The notes under the pieces: model-generated | The model's input: only the letters and a program-made list of their open reading frames with translations | What the model was told of the DNA's origin: nothing | The model's database searches: none | DNA from: Antedon mediterranea | Taxonomy: Eukaryota; Animalia; Echinodermata | Direction of reading: 5' to 3' | NCBI RefSeq assembly: GCF_964355755.1 | Contig: NC_092678.1 | Location: 17,625,365-17,689,364 of the forward strand | DNA length: 64,000 nt | Program-made: the position numbers and the translations under genes | Shown: piece after piece, positions 53,605 to 64,000 of the stretch | Layout of the letters: the number at the start of each line of letters is the position of its first letter | How positions within the stretch are numbered: position 1 is the first letter of the stretch

Positions 53605-53676
53605 AGCCCTGTCAATGATGTCAAACCATCAAACACGTTTTCTGATATTGTAGTTATTTTGTTACTTTCCAACCAT
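53605..53676 (-). CDS. 72-nt phase-2 LRR exon D (intact)
   Basis: ttttcag|a-WLESNKITTISENVFDGLTSLTG-ct|gtgagt. Confidence 0.85.
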
Positions 53677-55358
53677 CTGAAAATTGTGAAAAAATGCATT
53701 AAATAAGTAGCCTATATAAATACAGTACCAAATGATAATACGAAAAAAAAAAATTATTTTTTAAATTTGTATATACAAAAAAATATAACAACAAATATCT
53801 TATTGTGCAAACAGAGGCCAAAAAAAGCTTATGTCTATTAGGCGTGTCACTCCAGCAGTGAAAACATTACAGGGTAGGCCTATATACAAGGACATAAAAA
53901 TGTTTGTTTAATGTTACTTTAGCTCGTATTATCATTAGTTGCATGTTTTAGCTGTTTTTCTTTAACTGCTTTTACATGATATAACTATGTTTTATCTAGA
54001 TTTACTGTAAATATGTTGTAATTTCTTTAATATCTACGATACAATACAACCGTTAAATGACGATGATCCATGTATTCTGCTATATTTTCATTTTTCATTA
54101 TGGCCGCCGATATTGCTACAGTAACTGAATTAAATAGTCTTGAGTTCGCATAAACAATGTCAAAATAGAAAAAATCAAAAAGAGCAAAACGAAAGATATT
54201 ACATTTGATCGTATTACACATGAAACAGACATATTCCGTAGAAGTATTAATTCCTACAATAAAATAATTGTTTTTATGAGGCATAGCGTTAAACTGACGT
54301 TTTCATGAGAGGAAGATATAAAATATTTGTTCCTCGTGCACAATAAGCTTATTACAACACTATTACACTAAAGCATAAAGTTACACTTAACTGTGCCTTA
54401 ACACCGTTTAATAGTTCAACCGATACAACATTCTGATTTGTCCAAATTTCTTTTTAAAAAAATCTGACAAATATAAACATGAAGAAATAAAAAGCAATGT
54501 CATTAATATACATCAGGCTTAAGAATAATGACATCAATTTTCGATAATCATAAGGACGAGTTCTCGAATGATTCTCTCATTTGTGCCGATGGAATTGATA
54601 TTTCCTAAGTTTACCTAACTACGGAGGAATAGATGCCTCAAATAATAACGTTTTCATGAGAGGAAGATATATAGCATTTGTTCCCCGTCAACACTATTTC
54701 AAATCCCATGAATCGAAACAATATGTCGAGTGTGCCTATTCCTTCTTGTTCTTATTCCTCTTGAGAGGAATATATATAACATTTGTTCCGCGTGCAAAAT
54801 AAGCTTATAACACTATTGTAGATTATACGTGAATCGAAACAATTATGTCGAGTGTGCCGATTCCTTCTTGTTTTACTGTGGACAACCGCATAGAGAAACT
54901 TTAACATTAACGCCATGCGTCTGGATTGTCTGTGATTTTAAACGATTGTCAATGCTATCTCGACATATGACAATTATTTCTATTTGGTAATACAGAATCT
55001 CAAATGTATCACATGTGGTTCTTGTATCATTAGGTTAAGAATAAACATTTAAAATAATTATATAATTTCTCATTTAATAAAACATACCAGTTATACAACA
55101 AACTACGTACAGGAGCTCGAGCTTGTGTTAAATTAGTACATATTTTTTATCATTTATATTAAGAATACATTAATCATAATGTTTAATGATGCTGTATTAT
55201 CGAATTTTAATGTTACTGGAGAAATCGAGATAGAATACCGATAATCAGGTGTGTTAGACCAGAATACGTTACTCCTGCTTAAAATGGAGGTCTTTGCTTT
55301 CACCACGTTCTGAAATGTGCCTGTAAGATTATGTTAGGCAAAAACAATACCGTGTATA

Positions 55359-58300
55359 CACAGCAAAATTCTGATTCTTGTTTTAAGAAAAAAAAAACTT
55401 GTTTCAAGCAAAATATTTCTTGAAACAAGTAAATTTTGACTTGTCCGTATTTCAATACTTTTTGGCTTACCAAGAATCGTAAAATTCTTAACAAGAATCA
55501 CACAAATTCTTATCAAGAAAATTATTCTTACCAAGAAATAATACTTTAAGAACAATATTCTTACCAAGAATTTAATTGCTTTTTTCATTCTTGTTTTAAG
55601 CAGTATCTGCCTTAAAATAAGTAACAATTTATCGATTTTTTAAAATAGAATTCTTGTTTCAAGCAATATTTTTCTTAAAATAAGTAAGAATATTCCGATT
55701 TGTATTTTTTTGAATTCTTGTTTCAAGCAATATATTTCTTAAAATAAGTAAGAATATTCCGATTTGTATTTTATAGAATTCTTGTTTCAAGCAAGATATT
55801 TCTTAAAATAAGTAAGAATATTCCGATTTGTATTTTATAGAATTCTTGTTTCAAGCAATATATTTCTTAAAATAAGTAAGAATATTCCGATTTGTATTTT
55901 TTTGAATTCTTGTTTCAAGCAAGATATTTCTTAAAATAAGTAAGAATATTCCGATTTTTATTTTTTGAATTCTTGTTTCAAGCAATATTTTTCTTAAAAT
56001 AAGTAAGAATATTCCGATTTGTATTTTTTGAATTCTTGTTTCAAGCAATATTTTTCTTAAAATAAGTAAGAATACTCCGATTTGTATTTTTTGAATTCTT
56101 GTTTCAAGCAATTTTTTTCTTAAAATAAGTAAGAATATTCCAATTTGTATTTTTTGAATTCTTGTTTCAAGCAAAATATTTCTTAAAATAAGTAAGAATA
56201 TTCCGATTTTTATTTGTAGAATTCTTGTTTCAAGCAATATTTTTCTTAAAATAAGTAAGAATATTCCGATTTGTATTTTTTAGAATTCTTGTTTTAAGCA
56301 ATATTTTTCTTAAAATAAGTAAGAATATTCCGATTTTTAATTTTAATATTCTTGTTTCAAGCAATATATTTCTTAAAATAAGTAAGAATATTCCGATTTG
56401 TATTTTTTGAATTCTTGTTTCAAGCAATATTTTTCTTAAAATAAGTAAGAATATTCCGATTTGTATTTTTTGAATTCTTGTTTCAAGCAATATTTTTCTT
56501 AAAATAAGTAAGAATATTCCGATTTGTATTTTTTGAATTCTTGTTTCAAGCAATATATTTCTTAAAATAAGTAAGAATATTCCGATTTATATTTTTAGTT
56601 TTCTTGTTTCAAGCAATATATTTCTTAAAATAAGTAAGAATATTCCGATTTTTATTTGTAGAATTCTTGTTTCAAGCAAAACTTTTCTTAAAATAAGTAA
56701 GAATATTCCGATTTGTATTTTTTGAATTCTTGTTTCAAGCAATATTTTTCTTAAAATAAGTAAGAATATTCCGATTTGTATTTTTTGAATTCTTGTTTCA
56801 AGCAATATATTTCTTTAAATAAGTAAGAATATTCCGATTTTTATTTGTAGAATTCTTGTTTCAAGCAATATTTTTCTTAAAATAAGTAAGAATATTCCGG
56901 TTTGTATTTTTTAGAATTCTTGTTTTAAGCAATATTTTTCTTAAAATAAGTAAGAATATTCCGATTTATATTTTTAGTTTTCTTGTTTCAAGCAATATAT
57001 TTCTTAAAATAAGTAAGAATATTCCGATTTTTATTTGTAGAATTCTTGTTTCAAGCAAAACTTTTTTTAAAATAAGTAAACAAGAAGTCTATCAAATAAA
57101 AACCAGTAAATGTTTACTTATTTTAAGAAAAGTATTGCTTGAAACAAGAATTCTATCAAATTAAAATTCGTAAATTCTTACTTATATTGGGAAAAAAATT
57201 GCTTGAAACAAGAATTCTATAAAATATAAATCATTAAAAATTTATTTTAAGAACGATAAATGAATACTCATTTTAAGTAATATTTTACTTAAACAAATAA
57301 ATTCAAGAATGTTATAAAACATAATATTAACAATACTGTTATTTTCATTAAGAACTACAATTTACATGACATTAGGTACAATAATATATACAACTTCTTT
57401 AAAACAAACTTGTTTTTATTAATAATAAAATGCCATCAAAAGAAAACTTAAAAACATTAAAATGGTAAAATACAAATTTCGTAAAATTCTTCTCCCGCAC
57501 CTGGGCTTTAAACTATTAGGTGTCTTTAAATTTATTAATGTATACTAATGATGATTCAACAGCCTTTGTCAAGTGTACAGGTGTGTTTTCATCACAAATC
57601 ACTAACTGTTAAAGGATAGTGAGGCCTTTTTCTTTTCATTTTGGATAATCGAAATCCAGAAGGTAAAAAGTGGAGAGGAGAGTAACTAGAGCCTCATCTA
57701 ATTTTGCTTTCTTTGTAGTTAGAATTGTTTGCTAAACTTTAATGTAGGCCATTTCTGTGTCCAAAAGCAATACCGGCATATTACCTGATCGGCGTGAAGA
57801 CCAGGATTCTGGATCTTTATTCATGTTCCTAAAAATGAAAAGAGATTAATATAGTTTTAGTTATTACTGTATTTAAAATATGTGTAACATCATCAACTAA
57901 TTGGGTACGGTGTGGTTTTAGAGTCCTATATCTGGGGCGGTAAACACAAAAACATGACGCAATATTAGAACGGTGGTAAGAATAATTTTACATTATAAGA
58001 CATAAGGGTGGGTGGAATATGCATTTGAACTTTTTAATCACAAACTTTGCCCTGTTTATACCGATCCCAAAGACAGGCCTGGCTGTATCTATTATTTTTA
58101 GTTAAATTATTAGGGTCTAAATTTATTTTTAATATTACTATTTAGGAAGACAATACGCAAAACGGTGCTCAATCCTGATTGATGTTTTTATTCCGTATCA
58201 ATGTTTATAATAACAATCATACAATTAAATGTAAATTTTGTTTAATTGTTTGATTTTAATAAATTATTGTAAACATAGTATATACCTCGAATTTTAAGCT

Positions 58301-61300
58301 AAGATAAATTTGATTTTAAAAAAACACTTTAAGATATTTTTTTTTAATGTACATAATGTTACTTGTATTTTAAATTTTTAAAAACACTAAATACCTTCAA
58401 GGTCGGCAGACTTTTTTTGATGAGTTTTTCCCAACAAATATGTTTGACAGATTTGACAACATATGGGTTATCTTTGAACCTAACCAAAAATAACAAATTG
58501 AAAACATTATATTATATAAATTTATTTAAATGAGTGGAATAATGTATGGACATAAACTTGATATACTGTAGCTCAAATTTTTAATAATGTAGCCTACAGT
58601 TTTGTAGGTGGTCAATGTAAAAGGAAGGGGAAAGGGTGGGCTGGCCAGGAGAGCATTAATATGTCAAAAATTAATATTCATAAGTCATTTATTTAATTTT
58701 AGTTGTCAAAGGGAGGAGTGCATGACACTAGCTTGAGTCGAACCAAGCTGTTAAAAATACGTACAAAATATGTACACGTATTTTCCTCACTACCATTGGT
58801 CCATTATAAAACTATTTATGAATAGATAAAATTACAAAAACATACACTGTACTTACCAGATGGAGGACTGGTGTTTCTCTTTAAAATACCAAAATAAACT
58901 ATATTATTCTCTTCTTTGGAAAAATTTGCTAAGCACTTTTTTAAAAAGCTTTCTTTTGTATTTCATTCCTCTTTGCCTAGTAATAATTAGTATCCTTCGA
59001 ACTTCTTCAATTACCTAACAAATAATTTAAGATATTGTAAATAACACAGTTTTTTAAAAAGAAATTTAATATAACAATTTTAGTTATGCAGTACGTATGT
59101 TTTTTGTTTGTTTTTGTAGTATGTTTTTTTTTAAATTTAGAGTTAAAAACATAAAGTTTCAATATCGATGTGATCACTTTGGGGATTACTTAGTGTGTAC
59201 AATTAATTAAATATAAAGAAGTGTTTTTAAATGTCATTATATTTCTCATTGGAATATGTGTATATAATACAGTACAGTATAATCCTTCGTAGATATTTCA
59301 TGGCTACATTACAAAATAACTGTTACATTATAATTGTATTATCTATTATTAGGCCTTCCTTATACCTAGCTGAAATAGGTCCGACAATATTTGTCCCCTC
59401 TGTCAATGTCTGAACTAAAATGCTAAGCTAAACCTATACACCTGTCCGTCAGTACAGGCATAGTAGGCTAGCCTAGACCTACTAGTTCCAGGCCTACAGT
59501 ATTACTAACTAGGAAGGAGCCTAGGCTAGGCCTAGACTGCTGGCAGATTAAAATTTAATTATTAGGCCTACGAACCTGTTAAAATGTTGGCCACTTCTTC
59601 ATCTATTTCTCGGATCTTCAACAAAGCGTCTTCCTTCGACATTATATTAGACTAATCTTACTAGGCCTATTGAAGCATTTAATATATAAATTGCGATGAA
59701 AGGTGTCTTTTACTTACAAACTCTAGATTTTGAATGATTACTTTAAAAAACCGTTGGCCATGATCCCGCCGGGAGCTAGGTCATCGACCACACACAGTGT
59801 TGTTTTTCAACTATTTTCAAAAATTTATCGCTGGCCTTTTACCCAGAATGTATAAGGTCATTATACTGCTCAACGTTAAAGCATGGAGGTATAAACCTCC
59901 ATGGTGGTTAAAGCAAATCTATAAAACGTCTGGACCAACAGTAATACGACAGACAATAATAATGACACATGTTTGTTGCAGTCCGAAAAAAAGCGATAAG
60001 TTGGTGCCAGTAAACTGAAGTAGGTACAGTATTTGCTACCCTATTTGCTAAGGCATTATAATTCAATTCATGGAAATACTCCAAATTTTCGAGTAACATG
60101 TGGAATTGGTGGTTCGCTGCCCGGCAAGCTTTGGAATTTACAATCATAAGACGCCATTTTAAAGACGAGTATAACAATCGGCAACCTCCTGCAGTTGACG
60201 ATGGAAACATCAGTATATAAGTATGCCTGGAGAAAACGAGGATGCCAATTGAGGATGAAGTAGAACTAGGCCTAGACTAGGAGACTGACGAAGTTAATGA
60301 AGAAAAAAACTATTATAACAGGGATGATTTATCAACTGACGATAGTAGTAGTGATAATTCTAGTATTGTTATACTGTTAATGATTGTTTAATATTAATTA
60401 TCTTGTTGATGCTCAGCAAGAAGGCCTACTAACTAGAGGATGAACAAGCAGATAATAGTATAAAAAATGCTGATTTCTTTCTACTAAAATTAAAGGAGAG
60501 AAACAAGATTCCACAGGTAAGCCATTTTGCTTTAAAATTACAACAATTATGCATTTTAAACTATTTTTTATTAGAGAAATACGTCTATTTTCTAGGCCTT
60601 GCTGGTACTGTTATTATACAGGACTATTAGCTATAGTAACTATAGGACTTGGGTACTAGGCCATTTTTTTGTGACCAATTTCATTGTTACAAATAACATT
60701 TTTTTTGTTAGGCTGCATAGCTCCCCAACTAAAGCACAACTTAGTTTTTAAACATATTAAAACTTGAATATAAAAAATATTAAATCAATATTATTTTCTT
60801 TAGGTTGCAGTGCAATCGATTATTCAAAGCACAAACAGTTTGATTACCCAGATTTTTTCATCAGTTGAAACTGAAGTGCTAACTGCTCTACCGTTGTGTG
60901 AATATAGGATATTGACAATCTATTTTAAGTAAAACATTTCTCAAAATAAGTATTTTTAAGAATATTAAAATAGAATTGACTTCAATTCAAGCAAAAATAG
61001 TCTTGATAGGATATAGTATGATATTGACTTCTTATCTTAAGTAAACCATTTCTCAAAATAAGTATTTTTTAAAATATTGCGAATCTCAATTTAAGCAAAA
61101 ATAGTCTTGATAAGATAGTATGATATTGACTTCTTATTTTAAGTAAAACATTTCTCAAAATAAGTATTTTAAAGAATATTGCGAATCTTGATTCAAGTAA
61201 AAATAGTCTTGATAAGATAGTATGATATTGACTTCTTATTTTAAGTAAAACATTTCTCAAAATCAGAATATTGCGAATCTGAATTCAAGCAAAAATAGTC

Positions 61301-62470
61301 TTGATAGGATAGTATGATATTGACTTCTTATTTTAAGTAAAACATTTTTCAAAATAAGTATTTTTTTAAATATTGCGAATCTCAATTTAAGCAAAAATAG
61401 TCTTGATAAGATAGTATGATATTGACTTCTTATTTTAAGTAAAACATTTCTCGAAATAAGTATTTTTAAGAATATTGCGAATCTTGATTCAAGTAAAAAT
61501 AGTCTTGATAAGATAGTATGATATTGACTTCTTATTTTAAGTAAAACATTTCTCAAAATAAGTATTTTTTAAAATATTGCGAATCTCAATTTAAGCAAAA
61601 ATAGTCTTGATGAGATAGTATGATATTGACTTCTTATTTTAAGTAAAACATTTCTCAAAATAAGTATTTTTAAGAATATTGCGAAACCTAATTTAAGAAA
61701 CTTTGTCTTACCTAGAAAAATATTTATTGTTTTAAGTAATTTTTAGAATTCATCAATCTTGATTTAAGAAAAATTATTCTTGATAGGGATAAATATAATA
61801 TTGATTTCTTATTTTAAGTAAAATACTTTTCAAATTAAGTATTTTCAAATCTTGTTTTAAGCAAAACTATTCTTAATAAGAAGAGAATGATATTGACTTC
61901 TTATTTTAAGTAAAATATTTATTGTAATAAGCATTTTCAAGAATATTGCGAATCTTGATTCAAGTAAAAATAATCTTGATAAGAGTAGTGTGAAATTGAC
62001 TTCTTATTTTAAGTAAAATATTTCTCAAAACAAGTATTTTCAAGACTATTGCGAAACCTAATTTAAGAAACTTTGTCTTACCTAGAAAAATATTGATTGT
62101 TTTAAGTAATTTTTATAATTCATCAATCTTGATTTAAGAAAAATTATTCTTGATAAGGATAAATAAAATATAGATTTCTTATTTTAAGTAAAATACTTTT
62201 CAAATTAAGTATTTTCAAATCTTGTTTTAAGTAAAACTATTCTTAATAAGAAGAGAATGATATTGACTTCTTATTTTAAGTAAAATATTCTTGTAATAAG
62301 CATTTTCAAGAATATTGCAAAACTTAATTTAAGAAAATGTGTCTTTTCTAGAAAATTGTTTCTTGTTTTAAGTAATTTTAAATCTTGACAAGAAAAAAAA
62401 TACTTATTTTAAGAATTTTTTCTTAAAACAAGATTTTTTTTTCTTGCTTAGAATTTCAAATTTTGCTGTG
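55359..62470. mobile_element. EnSpm-type element copy 2, 7112 bp, inverted relative to copy 1
   Basis: TA|CACAGCAAAATT...AATTTTGCTGTG|TA; reverse complement of 36336-43996 with indels; empty site at ~46460-46480. Confidence 0.9.
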
Positions 62471-64000
62471 TACCTAATAGCGGCCTGGTGAGACCTATGT
62501 ATTGCCTTCGCTAAATCCTTTCTTAAACTTGTTCCCACTTATACCTTCTAGAGGAATGTTATCCATAGATATAACCCTAATATACTGCTGATTGGATTCG
62601 TCATTTTATAATTGTAACACAATGTGTCATAAGAACTGTTCGTTATACCATGGTAGTATGTGGTGCAATTAATTAAAGAATTATGTGATTTGTAAATATT
62701 TTACACAAAGTGCAACACAGTGTGACGTATTGTCTGCTACAATATCTAATGATTACACATTTTTAATAATTATGTAGTTTCTCATTTAATAAAACATACC
62801 AGTTATAATAACAAATTACCGTATTAAACGTACAAATCAAAGTATAAAAACAATAAGTATATACAGTACCAACGGAAATTACGATAAAAAAGTATCTATT
62901 TTATTAATTTCGAAATACAAAGAAAAAATAACAACAACATATCTATATTGTGAGGCCAAAAAGGCTTATGTCCAATTAGGCGTGTCAGTCTGACAATGAA
63001 ACAATTACAAGGTATAATTGATATAATACTAATTGTATGTTACTTTATCTCGTATTATCATTATTTGCATGTTTTAGCTGTTTTTCATTAACTGTCTTTG
63101 CATGATTATAACAATGTTTTATCTAGATTGACTGTAATCATGTTGTACTTTCCATATCATATGATTTCTGGATGTAGATCAATATCTACAACACAATACA
63201 AACGTTAAATGACGATGATCCATGTATTCTGCTATATTTTTACTTTTCATTATGGCAGCCGACGGTGCTACAGTGACTGAATTAAATAGTCTTGTTCGTA
63301 AACAATGCCAAAATAAAAAAAACTCGAAGAGAGCAAAAAGAAAGATATTACGCTTGAACGTATCACACATTAAACATACATATTCCGTAGAAGTATTAAT
63401 TCATAAAATAAAATAATTGTTTTTGGAGGCATAGAGTTAAACTTACGTTTTCATGAGAGGAGGATAAGATAATATTGGTTCCTCGTGCAAAATAAGCTTA
63501 TTACAACACTATTGCAGATTATAACGTGAATCGGCGGTGATTGTACAGAGGCGTGTCTATTTTTGTTTTCGTATCTATAATTTTGGCTTTCAAAAATGGC
63601 AGCCCAAAGCAATCGCTACCCCTGGATCCGACCCGTCAGACTATTTTGATATACAATGATAGAGGTTCAGACGTTCTGTGGTACATTTAAATTGTATTAT
63701 TTGTATTCCGTCTTTAAACTTCATCTTAATTTCAAATAGAATAACATCAATAAAGTAATATTGTTTACTTAGAAGTGTGCCAGTTATTCTGCACTGAAGA
63801 AAACAAAATCAGAAAAAAAATTTAACACATGCGACCACGTTTTTTTAAACATTATTAAGGCTAAGTGTGTTAATTATTGAGATGTAAAGCACATAGGCTG
63901 ATTTTAGCATGAGGAAGTGCAGACTAGGCGAGAGGTGTTCGGTTTGTTTACAAATCTATACCCACTATTTCTGATTGGTCGCGAGCTTTCAATTGCCATA

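Larger units (their letters stand above)
48650..63530 (+). repeat. Tandem segmental duplication unit, copy 2 (a third, more diverged copy starts ~63530)
   Basis: Matches 34062-36335, 43997-46523 and 47599-48650 in the same order and orientation, with an extra internal sub-copy at ~52480-53370. Confidence 0.8.

Noticed and set aside
43997-55358. Inverted segment between the two EnSpm copies
   Set aside because: Both flanks of each element match the empty paralogous sites in the same orientation, so no inversion is present.
45654-63370. Recurrent minus-strand ORFs ending EYMDHRHLTVVLYRRY
   Set aside because: Part of the duplicated intronic unit; indels and frame differences between copies argue against coding.

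Overview
AT-rich eukaryotic (animal) genomic DNA with spliceosomal GT-AG introns; no prokaryotic genes or CRISPR. A marine invertebrate such as an echinoderm is my guess, from TAGGCCTA-rich low complexity and the repeat types. The window is mostly transposable elements: a CR1/L2-type LINE remnant (1-420); an L1/Tx1 LINE (4.6-8.9 kb) split by a non-autonomous hAT element; a multi-exon Sola1-like (DUF7869-type) DDD transposase gene (10.1-17.3 kb); a nest of Helentron-type non-autonomous elements inserted inside one another (17.9-25.9 kb); a truncated tRNA-Pro; an LTR-like segment; Merlin and LINE fragments; and minimal Penelope-type hammerhead ribozymes. From about 34 kb onward a host unit of roughly 6-7 kb is tandemly duplicated. 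Each full copy carries two 72-nt phase-2 leucine-rich-repeat (LRR) exons on the minus strand. The copies were independently invaded by two inverted ~7-7.7 kb CACAG/TA EnSpm-type elements, a piggyBac MITE, a tRNA-SINE and a Harbinger-like MITE, and the empty target sites are visible in the paralogous copies. The most interesting signals are the mosaic, surface-variable LRR exon cassettes and the self-nesting Helentron-type family. All calls are from reading the sequence by eye; no searches were run.
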